DNA of 32,000 nucleotides from an archaeon (GTDB taxonomy: Archaea; Iainarchaeota; Iainarchaeia; Iainarchaeales; CSSED10-239), in contig JBBABY010000008.1 of assembly GCA_041657425.1 (NCBI GenBank), positions 17,270-49,269 on the forward strand, read 5' to 3'. This document shows positions 17,654 to 26,563 of this stretch, in pieces; within the stretch, counting starts at the first letter, position 1, and each line of letters begins with the position of its first letter. The position numbers were made by a program, and so were the translations under genes. The notes beneath the pieces are model-generated. The model was not told the origin of the DNA, did not search any database, and saw nothing but the letters and a program-made list of their open reading frames with translations.

Positions 17654-17677
17654 TTCTTTTCTATTTCTTTCTTTTTT
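17654..17677 (+). terminator. T-rich tract after the S-layer-like gene
   Basis: 'ttcttttctatttctttctttttt' immediately follows the stop. TATA-like 'tatataaaaata' and SD 'ggtga' (17738-17742) follow, ahead of the next gene. Confidence 0.35.
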
Positions 17678-17748
17678 AAAGTCTTCTTAAAATAAGAGTA
17701 TATAAAAATATATTGTCTAAATATATTTCTGTAATTTGGTGAAAATAT

Positions 17749-17838
17749 ATGGATAAGAAAGGACAAGCAGCTTTAGAGGTTCTAATTATTTTTGGAGTTT
17801 TAGTTATTGGTACGATTATTTTTGGAGTATTTTATCTT
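17749..17838 (+). other. class III (type IV pilin-like) signal peptide, protein A
   Basis: A short basic N-region ends in 'KG|Q', with Glu at +5 ('QAALE'), followed by a ~22-residue hydrophobic helix. Confidence 0.6.
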
Positions 17839-20800
17839 AATAGTTTAAATAAAAATGTAAATACTGGATCTAAAGTTTCCGGTGTTCTTGATACTTTTGA
17901 AGATCAACTAGGGTATAAAACTAATGATATATTATTAAGTTGTGGAGATGGAACTTGTGATGATGGAGAAACTAGTTCTAATTGTTGCCAAGATTGTGGG
18001 ATTTGTTCTACAAGTTCTTGTGGAGATAGCACTTGTAATTCTGATGAAAATTGTTTAACTTGTGAGGCCGATTGTGGAACTTGTTCAGTACCTACTTTTT
18101 CAAATTTTGTTTTGCAATTAGTTCAACCTGCAAATTCTCCACTAGGTGTTTCTTTTGGAATAAAAGCAATAGTAGAGCAAACTGATTATAATTCTGCAAT
18201 AATTAATCAGGTTGTAATTAAAAAATATGATGTCAGTGAGGGGCAGTTTGTTTCGAATTTTAGTTGTTCTTTTAATGGTGAACAAAACAGTATATTTACA
18301 TATTTAGATCAGTTATATTTAAACGGAAGCAATCAATTAGAAAACGCAATATATTTCTCTTGTCCAGAAGCAGGAGAATATCAATTTGAATTTTATGTTA
18401 AGCCAATTGATTCAGAAGAAAACGTAATAGATTCAGGCGAATTATATAAATCTATAACAAAAACAATTGAAGAAAATAATTTAGCATTTATTTCAACATG
18501 GGATACAAGTAAACCAAGTTATTCAACTAATAAAACAAATAATAATCAAATAATGTTGCCATTAGTAAATTCTGGAACCTATAATTTTACAGTTAATTGG
18601 GGAGATGGAACAACTTCTCAAATTACTTCTTGGGATCAAACAGAAAAAACACACACATATGCAAATCCAGGAATATACACATTAACAATAATAGGAGATA
18701 TTTGGGGATTTGGTTTTTTTAATGATTGGAGTTCTTTTGGAGATGCCAATAAATTAATAGAGATATCTCAATGGGGTTCATTAAGGTTAGGTGATATAGG
18801 AGGACTACATTTTTATAATGCAGGAAATTTAATTATAACTGCACAAGATGTTTTAGATGTAAGCGAAATTACTAATATGAGATCTATGTTTGCAAATTGT
18901 GTATCTTTGACTACTGTTCCAAGAATGAATGAATGGGATGTTTCTAATGTTATTAATATGACGGGTGTATTTGGTAATACTCTTTTTAATGAATATATTG
19001 GGGACTGGGACACATCAAATGTAAATAATATGCAAGGCATGTTTTCTTATGCACGAAATTTTAATCAACCGCTTAATAATTGGAATGTTTCTAAAGTAAA
19101 AAATATGCAAAATATGTTTTCAGGTGCAGGGTTTTTTAATCAGCCAATTGGTAGTTGGAATGTTTCAGATGTAAATAATATGCAAGGCATGTTTTCTTAT
19201 GCACGAGATTTTAATCAGCCGATCGGCAGTTGGGATGTTTCTAATGTAAGGACTATGGAAGACATGTTTCATTCAGCAGATAAGTTTAATCAGCCAATCG
19301 GCAGTTGGGATGTTTCTAATGTAAGGACTATGGAAGGCATGTTTCATTCAGCAGATAAGTTTAATCAGCCAATCGGCAGTTGGGATGTTTCTAATGTAAG
19401 GACTATGGAAGCAATGTTTATGTCATTATATATTATTAATGATTTTAATCAACCGATAGGCAACTGGAATGTATCTAATGTAACAGATATGCATCAAATG
19501 TTTTTAGGCGCAGACTATTTTAATCAACCGATAGGCAACTGGAATGTATCTAATGTTACAAATATGACTGAAATGTTTTCAGAAGCAACGAGTTTTAATC
19601 AACCAATCGGTAGTTGGAATACCTCTAAAGTTACAAATATGTATAAGATGTTTGCTGGTGCAATTTCTTTTAATCAGCCAATCGGCAGTTGGGATGTTTC
19701 GAAAGTCACCAATATGTCCCATATGTTTAATGCTGATGGTTTTTTAAATCACGAAAAATCTTATTTTAATCAGCCAATTGGCAGTTGGAATACATCTAAA
19801 GTAACAGACATGTCTTATATGTTTTCTGAGGCAAAAGATTTTAATCAGCCAATCGGCAGTTGGGACGTTTCTAAGGTTACAAATATGGAAGCAATGTTTT
19901 CTAATGCAAGGTCTTTTGATCAGAATATAAGTGATTGGAATGTTTCAAATGTTACTAATATGGGTAATATGTTTTCGGATGCAAATTCTTTTAATCATCC
20001 AATTGGTAATTGGGATGTTTCAAATGTTACTAATATGGCAGGGATGTTTTCTATAGATTGTTACCAAGATAATCCATCAGAATCTAATTTTAATCAACCA
20101 ATTGATGATTGGGATGTTTCTAATGTTACAGATATGAGTGGGATGTTTTGTAATGCAAAATTTAATCAAACTTTAAATTGGAATACATCAGAGGTAACAA
20201 ATATGAATAAGATGTTTGCATTTCATAAAAATTTTAATCAACCTTTAGATTTTAATACATCTAATGTTACAGATATGAGTTATATGTTTTATAATTCAGA
20301 AAATTTTAATCAGAACTTAGGGAATTGGAATACTTCTAATGTTACAGATATGTCGGGTATGTTTTGGAATGCAAAAGATTTTAATGGACAGATAGGAGAT
20401 TGGAATGTTTCAAATGTAAATAATATGTTTAGAATGTTTGGTGGTGCAACCAGTTTTAATCAAGACATAGGAGATTGGAATACTTCAAATGTAATATATA
20501 TGGGTGGGGCTGTGGATTTAGGTTTGGCAGAAGACGGAATGTTCTATAATGCAACAAACTTCAATCAAGACATAGGTGATTGGAACACATCTAATGTTAT
20601 TGGAATGGGGGGTATGTTTTGGAATGCAGAAAATTTTAATCAAGACATAAATGATTGGGATGTTTCTAATGTAACAGATATGTCTAGAATGTTTTCAGGA
20701 GCTAACGACTTTAATAAAGATATAAGTGGATGGAATGTTTCTAATGTTACAGATATGCACGAAATGTTTAGTGGTGCAACAAGTTTTAATCAAAATATTA

Positions 20801-20892
20801 GTTTTTGGAATGTAAATAAAGTAGATAATTGGGCGGCAATATTTTATAATTGTCCGATAGTAAATTTAAATAAACCATTGAAATTCAGATAA
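17749..20892 (+). CDS. giant pilin-leader surface protein A: class III signal peptide + 2 Cys-rich modules + Cys-pair Ig-like domain + BspA/DUF285 leucine-rich repeat array
   Basis: 1047 aa. The N-terminus is '[30 protein letters not shown]'. Residues 65-112 are '[22 protein letters not shown]' plus '[22 protein letters not shown]'. The preface 'FISTWDT...[13 protein letters not shown]...[15 protein letters not shown]' is typical of BspA/DUF285 proteins. About 24-27 repeats of ~25 aa follow, with consensus '[23 protein letters not shown]'. Confidence 0.8.
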   Translation: MDKKGQAALEVLIIFGVLVIGTIIFGVFYLNSLNKNVNTGSKVSGVLDTFEDQLGYKTNDILLSCGDGTCDDGETSSNCCQDCGICSTSSCGDSTCNSDENCLTCEADCGTCSVPTFSNFVLQLVQPANSPLGVSFGIKAIVEQTDYNSAIINQVVIKKYDVSEGQFVSNFSCSFNGEQNSIFTYLDQLYLNGSNQLENAIYFSCPEAGEYQFEFYVKPIDSEENVIDSGELYKSITKTIEENNLAFISTWDTSKPSYSTNKTNNNQIMLPLVNSGTYNFTVNWGDGTTSQITSWDQTEKTHTYANPGIYTLTIIGDIWGFGFFNDWSSFGDANKLIEISQWGSLRLGDIGGLHFYNAGNLIITAQDVLDVSEITNMRSMFANCVSLTTVPRMNEWDVSNVINMTGVFGNTLFNEYIGDWDTSNVNNMQGMFSYARNFNQPLNNWNVSKVKNMQNMFSGAGFFNQPIGSWNVSDVNNMQGMFSYARDFNQPIGSWDVSNVRTMEDMFHSADKFNQPIGSWDVSNVRTMEGMFHSADKFNQPIGSWDVSNVRTMEAMFMSLYIINDFNQPIGNWNVSNVTDMHQMFLGADYFNQPIGNWNVSNVTNMTEMFSEATSFNQPIGSWNTSKVTNMYKMFAGAISFNQPIGSWDVSKVTNMSHMFNADGFLNHEKSYFNQPIGSWNTSKVTDMSYMFSEAKDFNQPIGSWDVSKVTNMEAMFSNARSFDQNISDWNVSNVTNMGNMFSDANSFNHPIGNWDVSNVTNMAGMFSIDCYQDNPSESNFNQPIDDWDVSNVTDMSGMFCNAKFNQTLNWNTSEVTNMNKMFAFHKNFNQPLDFNTSNVTDMSYMFYNSENFNQNLGNWNTSNVTDMSGMFWNAKDFNGQIGDWNVSNVNNMFRMFGGATSFNQDIGDWNTSNVIYMGGAVDLGLAEDGMFYNATNFNQDIGDWNTSNVIGMGGMFWNAENFNQDINDWDVSNVTDMSRMFSGANDFNKDISGWNVSNVTDMHEMFSGATSFNQNISFWNVNKVDNWAAIFYNCPIVNLNKPLKFR
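19210..19415 (+). repeat. three near-identical in-frame 75-bp tandem units within the DUF285 array
   Basis: Units start at 19210, 19285 and 19360 ('tttaatcagcc[g/a]atcggcagttgggatgtttctaatgtaaggactatggaag..atgtttcattcagcagataag'). They differ at only a few bases (gac/ggc/gca at one codon). More near-identical pairs lie at 19021-19070 vs 19171-19220 (48/50 identical) and around 19443 vs 19518. Confidence 0.85.
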
Positions 20893-20925
20893 GCTTTTAA
20901 TTTAAAAAAATAAAAATAAAATAGC

Positions 20926-21195
20926 ATGAACTCAAAAGCACAAATGGAAGTAATAATTTTAATTGGAGTATTTATAGCAGTAATTAGCTACGGCATTTAT
21001 TCTGTTGTTCAAATAAATGATCAACAGGGTGTCGATGCTAATCAACTGGACGCAAATCAAAATAATAATTCTCTTAATCAAATTATTTCTCCAAATAATA
21101 ATACATTATTAACTCCAAATAATAATTCAAATAATCAAGCATCAACACCAACTGGACAAAGTAATGGTTCTAGTTCTTCTTCGCAAGGATCAAAT
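20926..21195 (+). repeat. 5' cassette copy 1 (leader + spacer) shared with the next gene
   Basis: By eye, roughly 90% nucleotide identity with 23731-24000 over about 270 nt. The two sequences are unrelated beyond that point. Confidence 0.8.
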
Positions 21196-23697
21196 CCTGA
21201 AGCTGAAGAAGATAATTCTCCTGGCCACGATTCTTCTAATTCAGATAATGATTTAGCAGATCTTCCAAATGAACTTCCAGAAGGGAATAGTGATTCAATA
21301 GTTTGTGGTAATGGGTTTTGTGAAACAGGAGAATCTTGTTCAAGTTGTCCTAGCGATTGTGGAGCGTGTGTAACTAGTTGTACTGAGTCTCAATTAGGAG
21401 GAATTACTTTTACGCCTAATGGAGGAATTGTCGCTTCTGGAACAACAGTTGCTTTAAGTTATTCTGGGGCTTGTTCAAATTATAATATTTATTACACAAT
21501 AGATAATACAACGCCTACTGCAACCACAGTTTCAAGTTTATATAGCCCATCAACTCCAATAATAATTACTCAAAATAAAAATATAACTGCAAGAGTTTCT
21601 ACTCTTGATAGTTCTGGAAATAGAATATATGGAGTAGTTAGTAAACAAGAATATAAGATAAACACAACTATCGTACCACCTGAAATAAATTCACTTGCGG
21701 AGTTTACAAAATTCACAGAAATTTCTGGTAATTCAAATTTTGGAGAAGCAGTAGATATTGTTTCAAAGCCAACAGATTATTCTGCAGGCATTAAAGAATT
21801 TGTAGTATTATATTTCACACATAGAGGTAGTACCAGTGGACCATTTAGATTAGTTTCTTTTAAGTATAATCTTTATTCTCAAACATTAATAGATAAAAAA
21901 ATTGTAACTTTAAATAATTTAGGAAGTTTATCTGGTTACGCAGATAAGAGTTTGTATTATTTATCCGCAGATAAATATATAGTTGTTGGAACAAATAAAA
22001 TCATTAAAATAGATTTTAGTAAAGCAAATCCAGACGTTCCAGTTTGGGAATATAATTTTGCAACAATCATTGGAGAAGATCCTGTTTTTTATAACGGATT
22101 TGCAGGAATTACTACAAATCTAGATGTAGAAGGAAATTTTATATTTACAGGAAGATTATACCCAATAACTCCTGAAGTATTTTTAATAAAAATGAATGTT
22201 AATTCAGATACTGCTCCAACAGATATTTGGAGTTCTACAAATCCTACAAGTTGTGGCAATCCAAGTCCAGGTTATACTCATAGTTGCTATTCTACATTTG
22301 TAAAATCGCAGTTTGTAGTAAGTAATAATAATTTGATTTATTATTATTTAAATAGTAATGGATTAAGAATTATGAGTTTAAATAAATTAACCGGAGAGAT
22401 TATTTGGGATGTTAATAAATCTTACAATGCATCTAGTTTAAATAATTCACTAACTTTACTTGATAATGGAGATTTATTTTTAATTGATATAAATCAAAAT
22501 AAATATGTTTATTCAAAGTTAAGTAAAACAGACGGAAGCACCATTTGGCAAAATAGTGTGTTATTATCTTCAACTAATCCAGTAATGCCAATTTTAAAAA
22601 CTAGTGGAGATAATATGTTTTTATTTGATGGTTATAGTAGTTCAGATTATAGAGCAATAAAGAAATATTATAATATAAATTTAAATAATGGTACCGCCAA
22701 TGAAGTGGCATTTCCTGATGGTTTAACCATATTTACAGGAAATAGTCCTTATTCCAGAACAAAGCCAATTATTGAATTTAATCCAAATACAAATGATGTA
22801 TTGTTATTACACCAAGGATCACATCTTTCTCTTTATATTGATATTTACCGCCCCTTTACAAATATAATAAAAATAGATAAATCAGGAATTCCATATATGT
22901 TAGCTTGGGCGCAAAATGGCACTAAATATTTTACTCAATTTGGAAATTTATCTTATTTTAGAGAATCATTAATTTCTAATAATGCTCTTTATATCGCAGG
23001 TTATTCTTTTCCATATGAGAATGCAAATACAAATATATTTTTATCAAAGCAAAATTTGGTAGATTCTAAAACTCCAGTAGTTGATTATTATAAAACCATA
23101 AATTTAGCAAGTTTAAATTATTCATTAAATAAAGATTTATATTGGACAGGAGAAGAATCTTCTGCATATCCTGTTCCAAATATGCATTTTGAGTTATTAA
23201 ATGATGGATATGGAATATTGTTTGTTCCAAATCTTATGAATAAAGATACAAATGCAGAAACTGCTTTACTTACAGTAATAAATTTAAATAATGAGGATAA
23301 TAAAAATCAATTTACATTAACAGCTCCAGAAACAATAACTCCGGTTCCATGCACAGATGCTCCAGAATGGGCTAATTATTATTGTATAACTGCAAATTTA
23401 AAGTTATCAGAATCTGCAAATATTGGCATGTTTGTTTCTGATAAAAATTTATCTGTTTTAACAAGTGGAAATTTTATACGCATAAGTGAAAATAGTTCTC
23501 CATCTGATGTTGCTAGACAATGGAATTTAAATGAGATTACTTCTGGAGATTCTATTCAAAAGATAAGAACGAACTACACTGGTGCATATTATCTAAATAT
23601 TTCTTCCTATTCTTCAGCAGATAGCGGAGTAGATTATTATAATCCAAAGATTGGAAAAAGACAATTACATAGAATTTATGTTAATGCAGTTAATTAA
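20926..23697 (+). CDS. giant pilin-leader surface protein B: class III-like signal + N/Q/S-rich spacer + Cys-rich module + chitobiase-C-like domain + ~670-aa uncharacterised (beta-propeller-like?) region
   Basis: 923 aa. The N-terminus is 'MNSKAQMEVIILIGVFIAVISYGIYSV', followed by a low-complexity Asn/Gln/Ser spacer. 'CGNGFCETGESCSSCPSDCGAC' spans residues 127-148. 'ITFTPNGG...NIYYTIDNTTPT...ITARV' is CHB_HEX_C-like. The remainder has recurring '..IW..N'-type strands but no motif I can name. Confidence 0.6.
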   Translation: MNSKAQMEVIILIGVFIAVISYGIYSVVQINDQQGVDANQLDANQNNNSLNQIISPNNNTLLTPNNNSNNQASTPTGQSNGSSSSSQGSNPEAEEDNSPGHDSSNSDNDLADLPNELPEGNSDSIVCGNGFCETGESCSSCPSDCGACVTSCTESQLGGITFTPNGGIVASGTTVALSYSGACSNYNIYYTIDNTTPTATTVSSLYSPSTPIIITQNKNITARVSTLDSSGNRIYGVVSKQEYKINTTIVPPEINSLAEFTKFTEISGNSNFGEAVDIVSKPTDYSAGIKEFVVLYFTHRGSTSGPFRLVSFKYNLYSQTLIDKKIVTLNNLGSLSGYADKSLYYLSADKYIVVGTNKIIKIDFSKANPDVPVWEYNFATIIGEDPVFYNGFAGITTNLDVEGNFIFTGRLYPITPEVFLIKMNVNSDTAPTDIWSSTNPTSCGNPSPGYTHSCYSTFVKSQFVVSNNNLIYYYLNSNGLRIMSLNKLTGEIIWDVNKSYNASSLNNSLTLLDNGDLFLIDINQNKYVYSKLSKTDGSTIWQNSVLLSSTNPVMPILKTSGDNMFLFDGYSSSDYRAIKKYYNINLNNGTANEVAFPDGLTIFTGNSPYSRTKPIIEFNPNTNDVLLLHQGSHLSLYIDIYRPFTNIIKIDKSGIPYMLAWAQNGTKYFTQFGNLSYFRESLISNNALYIAGYSFPYENANTNIFLSKQNLVDSKTPVVDYYKTINLASLNYSLNKDLYWTGEESSAYPVPNMHFELLNDGYGILFVPNLMNKDTNAETALLTVINLNNEDNKNQFTLTAPETITPVPCTDAPEWANYYCITANLKLSESANIGMFVSDKNLSVLTSGNFIRISENSSPSDVARQWNLNEITSGDSIQKIRTNYTGAYYLNISSYSSADSGVDYYNPKIGKRQLHRIYVNAVN

Positions 23698-23730
23698 TCG
23701 TAATAAAAATAATTAAAAAAGAGAAAAAAT

Positions 23731-24000
23731 ATGAATTCAAAAGCACAAATGGAAGTAATAATTTTAATTGTAGTATTTATAGCAGTAATTAGCTATGGTA
23801 TTTATTCTGTTGTTCAAATAAATGATCAACAGGGTGCTGATACTAATCAACTGGACGTAAATCAAAATAATAATTCGTTAACTCAAATTATTTCCCCAAA
23901 TAATAACACATTATTAAATCAAAATAATAATTCAAATAATCAAGCACCAATACCAACAGGACAAAGTAACGGTTCTAATTCTTCTTCACAAGGATCAAAT
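23731..24000 (+). repeat. 5' cassette copy 2 (leader + spacer)
   Basis: Direct repeat of 20926-21195, 2805 bp downstream, at the same position relative to the start codon. Confidence 0.8.
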
Positions 24001-26472
24001 CAAGAAAATGATAATGAAGAAGATAATTCTGCTTCTCAGAATAATTCTTCTCAATCAAATGCTTCTGAAGAAACAAATGTAGATGCCGAAGATGATTATG
24101 TAGATATAAATGATGATGACAGCGGCGCAATTGAAATTCCAAGTGATTATGAAGAAGAAGAGGAAGATGCTGATTCTAATTATACTGTGCCAGTTCCTCC
24201 ACAACCACCAATCAATCCACCTACCATTCCAACAGGTGTATTTACAAATATTTATGCTTCAGCACCAAACACAAGTTATAATACTTCTGAACCATTTACT
24301 TTAACAATTTCAACAAATGTTCCTGGAGTGTATCTTACTCAGATCTCTATTTTTAAAAATGAAGAATACACCACTAATTGTCAACCTAATCTGCCAGGCA
24401 GTACTAGCCCTACTGATGGGCAATATTATTCGTTTGGCGGTCAAACCAATTCTTCTAATCAGTTTATTGTTCCTTTTAATAGTGGTTGTACAGAAGTTGG
24501 ACAATATAGTTTTGTAGTTTATGCAAGTTATGGAGGAGTAAGTAAAAATACAACTTTTACTTTAAATATAAGTACTTTTGCTCCAGTAAATGGAGAGATT
24601 ATGTATTTAGAACATTTAATGTACATTAATACAAACTCAGAAACAAGAGCAGGCAGTTATAAATTAATGAGAGATTTAGATTTTCAAGATTCAAGTAATT
24701 ATCTTAATCCATTAAATAAAATTGCTTGGACAACTGGTAGTGGTTGGGATCCAATTGGTTATATACACGATAATTCAGTAGTCGGATTTACAGGAAATTT
24801 TAATGGTAATAATAAAAAAATAAAAAATTTATATATTAATAAACCAACTACAGATAATTTAGGATTATTTGGAGTAATTAAACCAAATGCAAATATAAGT
24901 AATTTAATATTAGAAAATGTTAATATTACTGGCCAAAATTATGTGTCTGGATTAGTTTCAGATAACGGAGGAAATATTTCTAATTGTCAAGTATCTGGGT
25001 TAGTTAATTCTCCATCTATTAATACTTCAAATTATGTTATTGGAGGATTAGCGGGATTGAATTATGGAACAATAACTAATTGTATTTTTAGTGGAAATGT
25101 AAGTGGTGTTGATGATGTTGGAGGGCTAGCAGGAAAAAATTTTGTAGGTGTTTCAGATATTGGTGGTAAAATTTACAATAGTAGTTCCTCAGGAAGAGTA
25201 TTTGGAATAAATTCTAGTACTGGCGGTTTAGTAGGAGATAATAGTTATGGTTTAATCAAAGATAGTAATTCAACATCCACAGTTAATGGTAAAAATAATG
25301 TTGGAGGGCTTTCAGGATTTATGGGCAAGTTTTCTGTGGCTGCAGGAAAAATAGAAAATAGTTATTTCCTTGGAGACGTAAATGGTTTTAATTATGTGGG
25401 TGGTCTTGTAGGATATAATGAACGCGGAGATATCAACAATAGTTATTTCCAAGGAGTGATTATTGGAAATATTGGTGTTGGTGGAATAGCTGGCTATAAT
25501 GGCAAAGGAACAATTTCCGCAAGTTATTCAACAAGAGACATTAAAGGAGTTGATAATGTAGGAGGACTTGTTGGGGAAAGTAATAATCAAAGTATAATTT
25601 CTTCAAGTTATTCAACAGGAAATATAATTGGTCAAGATAAGGTTGGCGGAGTAATTGGTATTAATAAAGGAACAATTTCCTCTAGTTATTCCACAGGCTC
25701 TGTTTCTGGTCGTTCTTTTGCAGGAGGTTTAGTTGGACGTAATTGGGAAGGAACAATTTCTTCAAGTTATGCTACTGGAAAAACAACAGGTAGTGATAAT
25801 GTTGGAGGTTTTGCAGGTGGTACATGGTATGGTACAATTTCTTCAAGCTATGCGACAGGAGAGGTTTCCGGATCTTCTCCGGTGGGCGGATTTATTGGAA
25901 ATAATGCATATGGAACTATATCTTTAAGTTCTGCAATAGGAGCTGTTATAGGATACTCTTTGGTTGGAGGATTTGCGGGTACAAATTACGGATTAATTTC
26001 TTCGAGCTATTCAAAAGGGACCGTTTCTGGTTCGTGGTCTTCTGTTGGTGGATTTATTGGAGAAAATACTGTTGGGTCAATTACAAATTGTTATTCAATT
26101 GGAAATATTGTTAGAATTCAGGAAGCTCCAGGAACTGCGTTTTCTGGATTTGTGGGTTGGAGTGGCGGACAATATTCTGGAGGGATAGTTAATTGTTATT
26201 CAATTGGAAAAGTAATTTATGAAGGTTCAACAAATCCAACAAATGCAGGATTTTCTCAAAATAATTTAAGTCAAACAAGTTCTGGTAATTTTTGGGACAC
26301 CAGTAATTCTCAACAATCAACAAGTCCATCAAATGCTATTGGCAAAATAACCTCTGATATGAAAATTCAAAGTACATTTACAGATAGCGGTTGGAATTTC
26401 ACAAATATTTGGGTAATTAATTCAAATGTAAATAATGGGTATCCACATTTACAAAATAATCTTCCAAATTAA
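23731..26472 (+). CDS. giant pilin-leader surface protein C: class III-like signal + N/Q/S and acidic spacer + Cys-pair Ig-like domain + GLUG-motif beta-helix repeats
   Basis: 913 aa. The first ~90 aa are nearly identical to protein B. An acidic 'DDYVDINDDD...EEEEEDAD' stretch and a 'PVPPQPPINPPTIP' linker follow. From 'YKLMRDLDF' onward there are at least 12 units of ~28-30 aa of the type 'VGGLxGxNxGxIxxSYxTGxVxG' (GLUG motif). The C-terminal 'FWDTSNSQQSTS...ITSDMK...GWNFTNIWVI...NGYPHLQ' is typical of GLUG proteins. Confidence 0.7.
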   Translation: MNSKAQMEVIILIVVFIAVISYGIYSVVQINDQQGADTNQLDVNQNNNSLTQIISPNNNTLLNQNNNSNNQAPIPTGQSNGSNSSSQGSNQENDNEEDNSASQNNSSQSNASEETNVDAEDDYVDINDDDSGAIEIPSDYEEEEEDADSNYTVPVPPQPPINPPTIPTGVFTNIYASAPNTSYNTSEPFTLTISTNVPGVYLTQISIFKNEEYTTNCQPNLPGSTSPTDGQYYSFGGQTNSSNQFIVPFNSGCTEVGQYSFVVYASYGGVSKNTTFTLNISTFAPVNGEIMYLEHLMYINTNSETRAGSYKLMRDLDFQDSSNYLNPLNKIAWTTGSGWDPIGYIHDNSVVGFTGNFNGNNKKIKNLYINKPTTDNLGLFGVIKPNANISNLILENVNITGQNYVSGLVSDNGGNISNCQVSGLVNSPSINTSNYVIGGLAGLNYGTITNCIFSGNVSGVDDVGGLAGKNFVGVSDIGGKIYNSSSSGRVFGINSSTGGLVGDNSYGLIKDSNSTSTVNGKNNVGGLSGFMGKFSVAAGKIENSYFLGDVNGFNYVGGLVGYNERGDINNSYFQGVIIGNIGVGGIAGYNGKGTISASYSTRDIKGVDNVGGLVGESNNQSIISSSYSTGNIIGQDKVGGVIGINKGTISSSYSTGSVSGRSFAGGLVGRNWEGTISSSYATGKTTGSDNVGGFAGGTWYGTISSSYATGEVSGSSPVGGFIGNNAYGTISLSSAIGAVIGYSLVGGFAGTNYGLISSSYSKGTVSGSWSSVGGFIGENTVGSITNCYSIGNIVRIQEAPGTAFSGFVGWSGGQYSGGIVNCYSIGKVIYEGSTNPTNAGFSQNNLSQTSSGNFWDTSNSQQSTSPSNAIGKITSDMKIQSTFTDSGWNFTNIWVINSNVNNGYPHLQNNLPN

Positions 26473-26563
26473 TAAATTAAAATATAAAAGAGAAGAAATT
26501 TAATTAATAGTAATATTTATTAATTAATTATAGACGTATATTAATAGCACTATAAAAATTAAG

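Noticed and set aside
19210-19434. A diversity-generating retroelement (template/variable repeat pair) targeting the adhesin.
   Set aside because: There is no reverse transcriptase or accessory gene in the window. The differences between copies are not restricted to adenine-templated positions. The repeats are structural LRR-like units rather than a C-terminal CLec-fold variable region.
19021-19560. Regularly spaced near-identical repeats that could superficially suggest a CRISPR array.
   Set aside because: The units are contiguous 75-bp in-frame repeats with no unique spacers. They lie inside a long ORF and encode the DUF285/BspA consensus, and there is no leader or cas gene.
26497-26530. 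A 10-bp inverted repeat (ttaattaata N8 tattaattaa) upstream of protein D, as a possible operator.
   Set aside because: It is composed only of A/T in a very AT-rich intergenic region, and such palindromes are expected by chance. It carries no G/C information, unlike the 14624-14646 element.
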